64,000 bases of DNA from Lama guanicoe (taxonomy: Eukaryota), in assembly GCA_013239625.1 (NCBI GenBank), contig MU054187.1, forward strand, positions 18,654,711 to 18,718,710. Reading direction: 5' to 3'. Position numbers and translations under genes: made by a program. This document shows positions 24,598 through 36,819 of this stretch, piece by piece (the stretch's first letter is position 1; each line of letters opens with the position of its first letter). The notes below the pieces were generated by a model that was not told the DNA's origin, did no database searches, and saw only the letters and a program-made list of their open reading frames with translations.

Positions 24598-25628
24598 TAC
24601 AACATGCCTTTTTAAAATTCCCCTTCCAGCATGGACCAGCACAGGTGGGTTCATGCAGTCCTGAGCCTCAGGCAATTATTAATTTAATTTTCTCTACAAA
24701 ATTAAATAAGCGCTGTTGATATTATAAACAACCTAGCACATATTTCCACAAAAGCCTATTTTTGTCTTGTGTCTTCCTTCTACTTACTTTTTTTCTTGAG
24801 AAACAGAATCTGCACTTACAACTCCTGCTGAGTTACTTCTAAAATGAACAGAGCTTGTGTTTTAGCGCACTGACAAATCTCTGGAGAACGGCTAGCACTT
24901 AAACGGAGCACCTGGGTGCATTTAACCGCAGCATCCTTTAAAAGGCTCAGCAGAGAAGGCATTAGATTTACTCTGCAATGTTGTTGTTGTTATGGTGACA
25001 CAGATTTTGTTGGGGGAGGGGTGGCGGGCAAGGCAAATAGTAGGTTATTTTTTTAAGTTTCTTTTTTCAAATACTCATCCATTGGTGAAATTTCTGGCAG
25101 AAGATGTCCCCCCAAGCAGATGAATTGAAACAAATGAAAATATTGAAGAGGGTGGAAACGGAAGCTGCACATTGTAAGTGGAAACCTCTACACTCCGCCC
25201 TCATTGAAGCCGTTCCCCATCTGAGAGCCAGCAGAAAGCACACACAATGCGTACATGGTCAGGGGCTCTCTGCAGGCCCAGCCCTCACATCTGTGGGCCG
25301 GAGTAAGGGCGCTCTTTCTTCTGGCTGTGCCCTTTCACCCAGGACTCTGCCCTCCCGTGGTGTAGGCCTGGCATTTCCCTGTGCATGGGCACCTTGTCCA
25401 GATAGCACATCTCTATCCGCCCTTCCCTGTCAGCCACCCCTTGCTCAGACTAGGACTACGCTCAGAAGGACTGTCTTGGGAGGTGGTTTGGGGGCAGACT
25501 TCAGATCTGCGGGTACCCAGCGCCTGGTGTATAAAGCGGGTGCAGGAATGTGTGGGTACGTCCATTTGGCACCAAGGATTCCTCACCTGGGCAAAGGCAC
25601 CGGTGGGCGGTCCCCAGTAGCCTGGGTC

Positions 25629-25818
25629 TAGGGCTGCCAGGTGAGATACAGGCCACCCAGTTCAACGTGAATTTCAGATAAACAACAAATAATTTTTTTT
25701 AGTATGAGTATATCCCCCACAATATTTGTGACACTCATGCTAAAAAAGTTACTCATTGTTTATCTGAAATTCTTTACAGCAGGGTCCTATATTTTCCTTT
25801 GTTAACTCTGTCAACCCA
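25629..25818. mobile_element. MER53-like palindromic hAT MITE
   Basis: TAGGGCTGCCAG...CTGTCAACCC ends, with internal inverted arms ATTTCAGATAAACAA / TTGTTTATCTGAAAT. Confidence 0.8.
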
Positions 25819-27707
25819 AACTGTGTCTAAGGGCAGTTCTGGCTCTCTGCTTGGTCAAACCACTAAAGGTATACAATCCTGCAACTTTAAAGAAGTGATC
25901 ATATTCCAGCAGAAAAACAGATTCTTGAGGCTTGAACCATGGAAATACACTAGGGATATGTACTAGGGGAAGGTTAGGGAGGCCAAGGGATTGAAGAAAT
26001 ATTGATTTAAAGACAGATAATTAACATTTAATTGCTTTAGGAACTATTACAGCCATCTTGTATTCTCTCTGCTATGTGGGAAAAAACTGAATATGATATA
26101 AACAACTTTAAAATGCATAAAAATGGGTACTGGCAGGAAAGAGAACTTAATGCTAATGGAAGTTAGACATGTAAGTCCCTAAACGTTAACAGGAAGCGAT
26201 CTCACGTTATTGATTTTGGCTATGTTAAGAAAAGCCAGAGACCGCTTAATCTTCCTTGTATTTTTTTAAGCCACTTTGAATTTTGTGTGTTTATCAAATT
26301 GCGTCACTGGAGCTGGGTGGGGAGGGGAGCGCAGGGAGTGAGCCACGCTCCCTTTCCTCCTGGAGCCTCAACCATCACTCTTCTCAACATTTTCATCTGT
26401 CCTTAAGATTACTGAATGACTGCATGATATAAATTGCATTAATTATATGTAGATTCAATAATTAAGTGATTAACAATATTTGTACATTTTTTAACTGGCA
26501 TTTGACTCAATGACTTGCAGGCCATTTCATCCCTGCTCTTTGCCGGAGCAGCAGTGTCCCTCTTCCAGAGATGATGCAGGCTAGAATGGCAAGTGCCCAA
26601 GGTCAGGGCTTGAGGAGCCAGAGTCTGTGTCACTGTCACAAAATGCAACTCTGCAAGGCCAGATACAACTCAGGACACCTGAGTAGATTTAGCTGAACAG
26701 TCACTTAAAAGTTGACTTAAGGGAACTTTGGAATCACTTAAAACCATTGCAATCCTTGGTTTCTCACTTAAGCTTCTCTGGCTCACTGCCCTCTGAAATT
26801 AGGAGGCATATGTTGGGATAAAGATGGTGTATTGCACACATTCATTCTTTTTTTTAATTTATTGCATTGAGATATAATTCACACACTATAAAATTCATCC
26901 TTTTAAAGTATACAGTTCAGTGGTCTGAATGAACATTCAGTCATTCTTACTTCCTCCCAATGCAACTAAAATTACAGAAAAGGGAAAAACCCACAAGGAC
27001 AAAGAGAATGCAAGAGGTTGCATAATCACAATTGACCTTGCAGATCTGAGAAAGCCGATTGCTAAGCTGGCAGTGGGAAAGCAAGAACTTAATTTACATG
27101 GCAGAACTTCCAACAGCCTCGGGACTCGGCACCAGGAATCTGTGGATGCAGAAAGTGGAAGCTCAAAACAGGAGGACTGGTTGAAAGTCTACTTAAGAAG
27201 GTTTTAATTCCCTCCTCAGTTCTGCTCAGAAGACTGAGGTGACTTCTCTGGAGAAGGAAACTGGCTAATCTCTTGGCAAGAGCACAGTAAGTAGGAGATA
27301 GAAAAATCCACCTCTCAGGAGTTTGACTAACCCAAGAGCAAAAAGAAAACCCTAAAATGTTGACATTGGGGAAGCCAGATCACCTTACCGTCAAGCCTGT
27401 GGTCCACAAGTTTTGCCCAGGTGCCCAGAGAGGCCAGTCAGCTGCTGAATGTCCATGAGAGGCAGCCATGAACCCACAGATTCCACAATGGAAGACTGAG
27501 ACCAAAGTAAACACAACAGAAAGGCAGCTTACAGGAAACAGACTATACAGGGAAAAGAAAACAAACAAGTTTTTTTAACTATCATTATTATAGTCAGAGA
27601 GAGAAGTAAAGACATCCCAAACATGAAACAAGTATTTGCAATATGAAAAAGAAAACATTCAGAGAAAAAGATTTCTTGGAAATTAAATATAGTAGACATT
27701 AAAACCC

Positions 27708-28231
27708 CTGCAGTAGGTAGACTACAGGTCCCTAAAGATGTCTACATCCGAAACTCTGAAACCCATGGCAAAATGGACTTTATAGATGTGATTGAGAGCC
27801 TGAAATGGGGGGATTGTCCTGGATTATCAGGTGGGCACAGTCTAGTTAAATGAGCCCTTAAAGCTGAGAACTCTTCCGGTTGGAGGCTGAGAGATGCCAC
27901 AATAGAAGGCGAGGAGAGATTGGAAGCACGAGAGGGATTCCACTCACTATTGCTGGCTTTGAAGATGAAGGAACCGGGCCATGAGCCAAGGAATGTGGGC
28001 GGCCTCTAGAGAGTGAACGAGCCTTTAGCTGACAGCCATCAGGAAAATGCAGGCTGCAGTTGTATGAAACTGAATTCTGCCAACAACCTGAATATGCAAA
28101 GAGAAATTCTTGCCAAGAGTCTCCAGAAAGGAACATAACCCTCCAGACATCTTGACTCATTCTCAAGACTCACGGTAGACTTCTGACCCTCAGAACTGTA
28201 AGGTGATACATTTATGTTACTTTAAGTCACT
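27708..28231 (+). mobile_element. MaLR LTR (MLT1D-like) inside an old L1/HAL1-like stretch
   Basis: CCCTAAAGATGTC, CCTGGATTATCAGGTGGGC, GCTGGCTTTGAAGATG..GCCATGAGCCAAGGAATGTGGGCGGCCTCTAGA and GACTTCTGACCCTCAGAACTGTAAG motifs. Confidence 0.85.
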
Positions 28232-28917
28232 TCAGGGAATAACAAGTCAAGTAAATTTCCTAGAAAGTAGAACAAAAAAGCTATGACCTGTCAAAAAGAG
28301 GAGAAAACAGAAGAAAATTAGAAGACTGATTCCTGAGATCCAATATTCAAAAAAGAGCTCGAGAGAGAGATAGAGGAAACAGACAGAAGAAAATCATCAA
28401 TGAAATAATTCAAGGAATTTCCTTCAAATGGAAGGACACAATTTCCAGATTGAAAGGGTTTAGTAAGGGCCAAGAGCATGGCATGTATCTATGAAATTCA
28501 GAACACTGAAGATGGAGATCCAGAGATGGGGAAAAAAATATGGTCCCATTCAAAGTAAAAGAATAAGAATGATTTTTAACTTTTGAACAAGACTAGAGGA
28601 CAATGGAGCTCTATCCTTAATTTACCACGGAAAAGCCCCACAGTCATAGTGGAAAGTTGGTGGATAATGCCTAAAACTGAAGAAGTACTCACATATGCAT
28701 GTTATTTAATGATAGGAAAGTTTTTTTTTTTTAATGATTTTAAAGTGGTTGCCTTCAGGGAGGCACATACAAAGGGTGAGGGGGTGGACTTCTGGAGTGT
28801 TTTTGCAACAACCCTTGTTTTCCACTGTAAAATATGTATAAATATAATTTAATAAAACCTGAAGCCAGGGAAGTAAAAATAAGCTGAAGAAAACAAAATC
28901 AATTAAAATTTAAGTTC

Positions 28918-29220
28918 CAGAAACAGACTCACAGACATAGAAAGCAAACTGTAGTTACCAGGGGGGAAAGGAGAGGGAAGGATAGATTAGGAATTTGAGA
29001 TTAACAGATACACACTATTATATATAAAACAGATAAACAACAAGGACCTACTGTATAGCACAGGGAACTATATTCAATTCTTGTAATGAACTGCAATGGA
29101 AGAGAAACAAAAATATATATGTGTATGTATATGTATAACTGAATCGCTTTGCTGTACACATGAAACTAACACTGTAAACTGACTACATTTAAATAAAAAA
29201 TAAGAATAAAAAATTAAAAT
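28918..29220 (+). mobile_element. L1 3' UTR fragment
   Basis: CAGAAACAGACTCACAGACATAGAAAGCAAACT...TGTAAACTGACTAC plus an A tail. Confidence 0.88.
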
Positions 29221-29407
29221 AAGTTTAAGTAAATAAAGTAGCATGAACACATTCAGTAGTTGAAATATTTTTTAAAGAGAGCTATTTTGTGCTTCCCTTG
29301 AATTGGCCTTGAAATAGCCAGTGAGATGTCTATATTTATTCTGTGTGGAGAGCTTTTTAGAATGAAGAGGAACAAAAACTACAGTATCACGTCAAGAGTC
29401 ATCCTTG

Positions 29408-29576
29408 TTATTTAATAGATACAGAGCTTCAGTTTGGGAGGATGAAGACGTTCTGGAGATGGATGGGGTGATGGTTGCCCAACAATGTGAATGTACTAAT
29501 GTCACTGAAATGTACACTTAAAAATGGTTCAAATGGTAAATTTTAAGTTCAGCATATTTTTCCACAATTAAAAAAA
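29408..29576 (+). mobile_element. Old L1MB-like 3' end
   Basis: TTTAATAGATACAGAGCTTCAGTTTGGGAGGATGAAGACGTTCTGGAGATGGATG...TGTACACTTAAAAATGGTT. Flanked by AAGA(G/A)T(C/T)ATCC. Confidence 0.82.
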
Positions 29577-30293
29577 GAATTATCCAACACTTTCCCTTTA
29601 TTCAATTCAAATTAATCATTATCAATAATAGCTGATTATTTGGGAGGAATAGAAAAAATGTTGAATAAGTTTCTGAGAGATGCTACGTGCAGTAAAGTCT
29701 CTTAACCAATCCCTGTTTTCTGGAGGCAGTCCTTGATGTGATGTCACTCCAAAGTTTCTATGATGAAATAAGTTTTTGTTGTTGTTCTTCCATTAGGGAA
29801 ATTAAGAGATGTTTGATTCTGAAGAGGGAATGAGGAAAATAGAGTAATATGACTGCCCTATGCAGAATGTTTTGGCCATTGTTACAGATTCCCCCAGGAA
29901 ACAGATGGGGCGATGGAGATGCAGGAATCTTACTGGTGAGTCCTCTGGGGATCTATGTATTTGCACAAAGGTATAAGGTCAGATAGGAAAAGGTATTATA
30001 CCTGGTATTCCCTAGTAATTTATGCATTATTAATATGAATCAGAATAGAACTAAGAAGGGTCAAGCCAGGAAATTAAAAACTAAACCTACCTACTAAGGA
30101 AAGTGGAATTTAAGAAAAATGTCCCACTGTCCGGATGATAGGCCCTTGACCCAGAACCTCCCCCTTCCCCAAAGGGTCAAAATTGTACTCCCAGCGACCC
30201 TGTAGTGATGTGCTATGACGTTATTAGTAAAGTATTTTCAAAAAGCTCCAAGGAAAGCTTCACTCATGGTGTATTTTAAACCCATTATGAGAG

Positions 30294-30332
30294 GAAGGAA
30301 GGAAGGAAGGAAAAAAGGAAGGAAGGAAGAGG
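30294..30332. repeat. Interrupted (GGAA)n microsatellite
   Basis: GGAAGGAAGGAAGGAAGG-AAAAAA-GGAAGGAAGGAAG. Confidence 0.85.
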
Positions 30333-31510
30333 AGAATTTTAAGCCATTTCATGGACTGTCCTAAAACCCAAGGTACACAGGAGAGTAAGACCCTTCCTCC
30401 ACAAATGTACCAAAGTTAAAATGACAGATCACTAAAGAGAGTCCCTCTTCCCCTCACTAATTGTCTCTCTTGCTTCCTCCCCAGGGAAAAATGCCAAAGA
30501 AGCAGGAGGCTTCTAAAGTAAACCATTAGATGCAGATATGAAATTACCTACCAGAGAGCTACGGAAAGAAAAATACTCCCTCTTCAGTCTCCACTAATAA
30601 ACCATCTGAGGGTTCCCATTAGTCAAGGGGCTTATGGGATCCCACTTGCTGGCCTGTGGATGAACTGTTTGAAAAGTATTTCCTGTGATTCTCAACATTT
30701 TCTAAGTTTTAAATTCTGTGTTGAAAAACAAATTGAGCTATTTTCTCCAATTCACATTTCATGATGTTCAATATTAAAATTTAAATGGAACCAAAGATCC
30801 ATGTGAGGGTACACACGAATACGCTGATTTTCCCAACAACCTTGAGGTGACAGAATGACATCTTGCAAATGAGGACACTGAGACACAAAGATGTTAAGAA
30901 ACTTACTCAGAATCTCATACCTCTTAAACGTCAGAGCTGTAACTCACCACAGATCTCCCTTTCCATTTAAAGAAATTTCCATGACACCAACACAGCAAAA
31001 CGGCTCTGAGGATGAATTCATGCATTGATACAGCTTCATTCAGGGAAGAAAAAAAACATACACACAAGTGAGCTTTTCCTATCTGACCCACCAGCCTGGT
31101 GCCATCTCAATGAACAGACCTAGGATCAAAAAATTGTAGAATAATCATGTGACTCGGGGCTGGAAACTACTTCAGGCAAACATCTGGTTTGGTCCTTTGC
31201 TTTCAGGGAAATAAATTTAACGTTATGCTCATTTTATTGGAATGGCAGTTGAGTTCCAAAGAGGATGAGTAAGTGCCCAGGATGTATGCCATTAATGAAG
31301 GGACAACCAGAACTCAGCTTTCCGCTATTCCCCGAGGTGACCTAGACCTGCAGGTTGAGTCCTCACAACCACGTTGTGGTACAGCCAACAATCAGGCTAT
31401 TTTAAACTGACATTTGTTATGTTTTGGGCAACCCGGGAAGGGACAGCCCCCCAATAGATGGAGTGGCCATCTGTCTACACAGTGTTGTTTAAGGAGTCTC
31501 TGATTACTAC

Positions 31511-32254
31511 TGAGAGACTGAATATACGAACAGACAATGGCCAAACCAGATATGACAGTAGAACTCTCACCCACATCCTGCAGAAACCAGTCCAGGAAGC
31601 CAAACCACAACCCCTGCAGTGATCAGCCCAGCACAGTCAGGACTTGGTCACTGACTGCCAGCTTCCCAATTTTTTGCCCACACTTTCAACGCAGGGGCAA
31701 CCAAAGAAAGCAAACCAATCATATAAGATGCTCACTGTTAGTCGGCCCACCTGCAGCTCCCCCAAGCCAACAGCTTCCAACAAGAACATACCTGAAGCCT
31801 CTCCTTTTTTTCCATTACAGTCATCCCTCAGTATCCATGGGGGTATTGGTTCCAGGACCAAGATCCAAAATCCAGGGAAGCTCAAGTCCCTTGTATAAAA
31901 TGGCACAGTATTTGCGTATAACCTACGCACATCCTCCCGGATACTTTAATTCAGTTCTAGATTACTTATAATACCTAATACAGTGTAAATGCTACGTAAA
32001 TGGTTACCAGTGCATGACAGATTCAAGTTTTGCTTTTGAAACCTTCTGGAATTTTTTCCCAATATTTTTGACCCACAGTTCATTGAATCTGCAAATGCAA
32101 AACCCACAGACATGGAAGGCTGACCGTATAAATCTTCCCACTCTCCTGTCTGCCTTTGAGTCTCTACCAAACACAAATGATAGTGGCTAACTCCCTTGCA
32201 AGCTCTGAGTAAATAGCTTCTGTCTGTTCTCACTGGGTGGTCTTTATTCCCACA
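31511..32254 (+). mobile_element. ERV 5' LTR (MER90/MER89-like, tentative), interrupted by a DNA transposon
   Basis: TG...CA ends, AGTAAA poly(A)-like signal near 32208, and followed directly by a leader resembling ERV internal starts (TTTCCCCGGAGGCTCC). Confidence 0.7.
31818..32126. mobile_element. MER2-like TcMar-Tigger non-autonomous DNA transposon
   Basis: Imperfect terminal inverted repeats (CAGTCATCCCTCAGTATCCATGGG ... CCCACAGACATGGAAGGCTGACCG) with TA duplicated at 31816-17 and 32127-28. Confidence 0.85.
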
Positions 32255-33004
32255 ATTTCCCCGGAGGCTCCAAGACAGGATCTGCCCTGCTCACTGCTGC
32301 AGAACCCCCACCCGCCTACCGGGTGCCGTCCTATGGAGACCCCTTCGGCTGCTTGTGGCTTTTGACTCCAAGATGACATAGGAAGTCAGCACCACGTCTA
32401 AACTCCATTCTCTTGACATTGAGTCCCTTGGCTATTTATTCTCAGTTTGGTACCCAGGTTATACATTGGTTCCTTTTTTTTTTTTTTAACATCCTTAGTA
32501 GATCCGGCGATTTCTTTTCATTCTTTTTGCTCTCTTTTGTACTTCCAAAGTATGCTGCACTCTCGTTTGTCTTGTTGGCCATCAGAGAAGGATCACAAGG
32601 TGGAACAGACACCGAGCCTATTAGCCTGTTTTTCAAATCAGCCTCACAGATGGGTGAGTTTGTGGTTTTTACCAGACCAGGAGTCATTCAGACAGAGTTT
32701 GCTGTGGGTCGCTAACAAAACTGGATAAGGTTCTTCTGTCTGGTCTGCCTTGATGTTTTTTTGTCCTGAGACCTTGACTCTGAACCTGAGAGAATATTTT
32801 CTCTGGTTTCACCGCTACCAGGGGGCACACATTGTGTGGGTGCCTCAGCCAATTGTCAGGGTGGGTCTTGAAGGACTAAGTTTCAGCTGATTGTTGTCGA
32901 CCTTCAGGAGGTCACATAAGTCCAAATCTTCTCCTCCAGAGAAAACTCCTGCTTCTTATAGGTTACATTGCAATCTTAATTCTTATGACTTCTTTGCAAA
33001 TGGC

Positions 33005-33568
33005 TGTTAGTTCAAAACCTCAAGAATTCCCAGAAGGAGGGAATAGCTCAGTGGTAGAGTGTCTGCTTAGCATGCACTAGGTCCTGGGTTCAATCCCCAG
33101 TATCTCCATTAAAAAAAATGAAATAAATAAACCTAATTTACCCCCCAACAAAAAAACCAAAAACAAAACCTCAAGAGTTCCCCGGGTGAAATTTGAGACT
33201 GGTCCCCGTACAGAGAGGTCAGGGAGGGACCCAAGAAAGATGGGTGGGTGGCTGGTTTAATAAGCAAGAGAACTTACATATGAGATTTGAGTTGAGCAGG
33301 TACAGGACAAGGAAATCTCCACACCCTCTCACCAAAGTCTTAAGAGTTTTTACAGAGGCCTTAAAAGGTTTTTAGTCATACACATGGTCCAGATAGTCCC
33401 AAGAACACCTACGCTCTCAAGGCTGCATCCTTGAAATGGCTCCTAGTGCAGGAACGGTGGGCAGAAAGTACATTCCAAGGACAGGGGAGGGAGGGAGGAG
33501 ACTCTGACTGTCTGGGTCCAGTTTGCAGGTTAACCAGAGGTTACATCCCCTGGTGCTCTCTTCCAACG
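33005..33568 (-). mobile_element. Solo LTR inserted antisense into ERV gag, itself containing a SINE
   Basis: TGTTAG...CCAAC(G) termini. On the minus strand there is an ATTAAA signal (plus-strand TTTAAT near 33256) downstream of a TATA-like TGTAAAAA. Gag-like sequence appears to resume on both sides. Confidence 0.6.
33032..33164 (+). mobile_element. Camelid tRNA-derived SINE nested in a solo LTR
   Basis: SINE head and tail. 18-bp TSD AAAACCTCAAGA(A/G)TTCCC at 33014-33031 and 33165-33182. Confidence 0.92.
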
Positions 33569-34489
33569 GTGGAGTAACTTCATCATGGATGGCTTAGGTC
33601 TCCACTGGCCACTCTGAGGAAACAGTATTATTCACTTGAGAGGTACCTTAGTAAAGAAAGGGAAGAAGTTTCCCAGTGCGCAGTGTGTTTCGATTGGGAC
33701 GCAGAGGCCTCCAAATGAAATTCTGATTCAATATAAGTGCCTCACTAAAAAATTATTTGGCCGAAGCTAATAAGCAATCTGGCAAACTTAGACACCAACA
33801 AGCAAGGCTCATTTCCCTCATAAGCCTCCTCCCGCCCTGTTCTCAGATGCCTCTCCACTTCCAGCTCCCCCTCCTCTCCCTTCCGCTTCTGATCTCCCTC
33901 TTGCACCTATAGACTCCACCCTCCGCTTCCCTGTGCCCAGACCCCTGCCTTTTCTCAATGACTCAACTAAAACCTGAAAATGCTAGTTGCCACTAAAGAG
34001 CAACCTGCCCCTCAACCAGTATGCGAGCAACTGTAAAATGTGAACCTTGGACCCGAGCTGAATCAAGGGCTGTAATTAAGAATTTCCCTAAACCCAGACA
34101 ATACCAGCAACTATTCACAGAAGAACTTAGAATTATTCTGCATATGACATGGATGCATATAACCCCAGGTTCCCTGAGCTACATCAACTTGTCCATGTGT
34201 TGGTCAGAACCTCAGATGCTAAATCCTGGATGGCAAAAGCTGACTGGTCTGACCCAGAAAGCGATCCAGAGGATTCCTCTTTCCACAAGAAACCTGGGGG
34301 TCAAAAAACGGCCCCCAGAGTAGGGTAAAGCCCCCTAACAGCCGTACCTGAAATACTTCTCATTAAAATCAATGGGACCGTAACTCAAGCATGCACACAT
34401 ATAAAAGGTAAAACTACAGGTGATCTGGAGATAATCTAGAAAATAACTTGGAACAACACTTGGAAGTTTAAGGTGGCTGCATAACAGTG

Positions 34490-36399
34490 GCATGAGTGAT
34501 GTAGACAAACCCTTAGAGTTTTAACTCAGCTTCATGGGAATCATCAAAACCCCATTGCTTATTATAGCCACACCTTTGACCTGATTGCAAAGGCTTGTTC
34601 TCCTTATTCTAGGGCAGGAGCTTCCAGTGCAAAATGTCAATGCTCTTTCTGAACTAGTTCGAGGCTCCCTACTTGACCTGGCGTTTCCTCTCACAATACA
34701 GACATTACTTACTAAGGATATACAACCTTTCACCCAGCCAATTTTTTTAATTGAAGTATAGTTGATTTACAATGCTGTATTCATTTCTGGTGTACAGCAT
34801 AGTGATTCAGTTATTTATATATTATACATATATATATATTCGTTTTCATATTCATTTTTATCACAGGTTATTATAAGATATTGAATATAGTTCCCTGTGC
34901 TGTACAGTAGGACCTGTTGTTTATCTGTTCTGTGTACAGTAGTTTGTATCTGTCAATGCCAGACTCCTAATTTATCCCTCCCCCTCTTTCCCCTTTGGTA
35001 ACCATAAGGTTTTGTCTATATCTCTGAGTCTTTCTGTTTTGTAAATAAGTTCATGTCTTTTTTTGGGGGGGGGTTTCACATATAAGTGATACCATATGAT
35101 ATTTGTCTTTCTCTGTCTGACTTACTTCACTTAGTATGATCATCTCTAGGTCCATCCACATTACTGCAAATGGCATTGTTTCATTCTTTTTTAGGTCTGA
35201 GTACACCCAACCAATTAACCTCCTAGAATATTCTGTTACTCTCTTCCTGTCACATCACTGTTCACCATCACAACATCCTGATTCTGGCCACTCTCTGACT
35301 CTACCAAAAGGGGAGCTTCATGGCTGACTTACCTCAGTTAGGGAACTCTCTTTACCTTATGCAGATTTATTAGAAACTCCTATTGAGAACTCTGCCCGAA
35401 CATTATTTGTGAATGAATTATAAACTCAGAATTGAAACTGGAGGCCAAGCTATACACCCACTAATTTAAGCTTTTCCTTAGAAGATAGTCCTCTCCCTGA
35501 GGTAAAATCAGCACAGATGTCAGAATTTTTACACTTAGTAGCATTTGTCAACAGAGAGTCAACATGTAGAGAGAGAGCAGGTGTGTTTTTGGACTAGGAC
35601 GTGTTTTGACATGCTTTGAAACCAAAGCGGCCTCTCACCTCTGCAGGAACACCCACCTAAAATGGACAACAAGTTAAGGAAGCTTTAGACGCATTCTTGG
35701 AGCAGCGGCTATTACGAAGTTTGAGTCCCGAGCAAGGAGAGATAATATAGAAATGAAAGAAATGCTCTAGCAGCATTTCCAAATAAGAAGCCTTAACCAA
35801 GGTTATAATCTTAAGTCTACCCTCAGAAGATGAATCTTTGGAGAGGTTCCATCAGGCCATTGCAAAATGTCAGTTTGTAGTCCCTGGTTTTGAAAAGGAG
35901 GGATGGAACAAATCTGGCTGTACGCTTCACACAGATAATCTTGGATGCATCTAAGAGCGTGGCTATGTGGCATCAGATGATTTCAAAGGGATATTAGTTA
36001 AATTGCTCCATGAAACTCTGCATGATGGTGCAGAAAAATTGGTTACCAACTTAAATCATCAACATTAGTGGGAAAACTTTTAAAAGACAGCCAGGGTTAT
36101 TCTCAGGTCATATGTGGCCTGTCGACAATGTAATCCTGGAAAAAAGAGAAAGATGGGGGACGGCCGGGATCTAAAGCCTCACAGGCCTGTGAACACCGGT
36201 AGGTGGATTTTTCCCCTGCATTTGTTCATCCTCTCTATGGGATCTGAATTTGTTTCTGTTTTTCTATGCTTATTTTCTAGATGAGTTGAAGCATTTCCTT
36301 GCTGAAAAGCTACAGTCCTTATGGTTGCTAAAGAGCTGCCTGAGTTTGTGTTTCCAGCCTGGGGTGCACCAAGTTTTACATCAAATAAGCGAGTCCCAC
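34490..36399 (+). pseudogene. Degenerate ERV pol: RT connection, RNase H, and integrase N-terminal and core domains. Interrupted by an L1 fragment.
   Basis: Remnants LRVLTQLHGNHQNPIAYYS (connection), DLLETPIEN..TLFV and PLPEVKSAQMSE (RNase H), LLHETLH...YVACRQCNPGK (HHCC zinc finger) and CLFSR*VEAFPC*KAT..VAKEL..FVFPAWGAP (integrase core). Many stops. Confidence 0.85.
34744..35203 (-). mobile_element. L1 3' fragment inserted into ERV pol
   Basis: Reverse-strand L1 3' end. TSD CACCCA(G/A)CCAATT at 34731-34743 and 35204-35216. Confidence 0.9.
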
Positions 36400-36816
36400 C
36401 AGAAAGAGAAAGAAAAACACCATATGATATCACTTATATGTGGAATCTTAAAAAAAAAAAAAGAAGAAGACAAACGAACTTATTTACAAAACAGAAACAG
36501 ACTCACAGACATAGAAAACAAACTTATAGTTACCAGGGCGGAGAAGGGATGGGAAGAGATAAATTGGGAGTTCAAGATTTGCAGACACTAACTAATACAT
36601 ATATAAAATTGATAAACAACAAGTTTATACTGTATGGCACAGGGAACTATATTCAATATCTTGTAGTAACTTATGGTGAAAAAGAATATGAAAATGAGTA
36701 TATGTATGTTCATGTATGACTGAAGCATGATGCTGTACACCAGAAATTGATACAATGTTGTAAACTGACTGCACTTCAATTAAAAAAGATATATATCAAA
36801 AAAAAAAAAAAGAAAG
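36400..36816 (+). mobile_element. Young-looking L1 3' fragment between ERV integrase and env remnants, with no clear TSD
   Basis: CAGAAAGAGAAAGAAAAACACCATATGATATCACTTATATGTGGAATC...TGTAAACTGACTGCACTTCAAT plus poly(A). Confidence 0.9.
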
Positions 36817-36819
36817 AAC

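Larger units (their letters stand above)
32900..34480 (+). pseudogene. Degenerate ERV gag (matrix and capsid remnants), interrupted at 33005-33568
   Basis: Translated remnants LGLHWPL*G..IIHLRGTL, PWTRAESRAVIKNFPKPRQ..FTEELRIIL and YNPRFPELHQLVHVLV..DAKSWMAKADW resemble class I ERV gag. Stops and frameshifts are present. Confidence 0.75.

Noticed and set aside
24986..24999. RFX X-box-like GTTGTTATGGTGAC
   Set aside because: A single imperfect motif that partly overlaps a (TTG)n run. Not supportable without conservation data.
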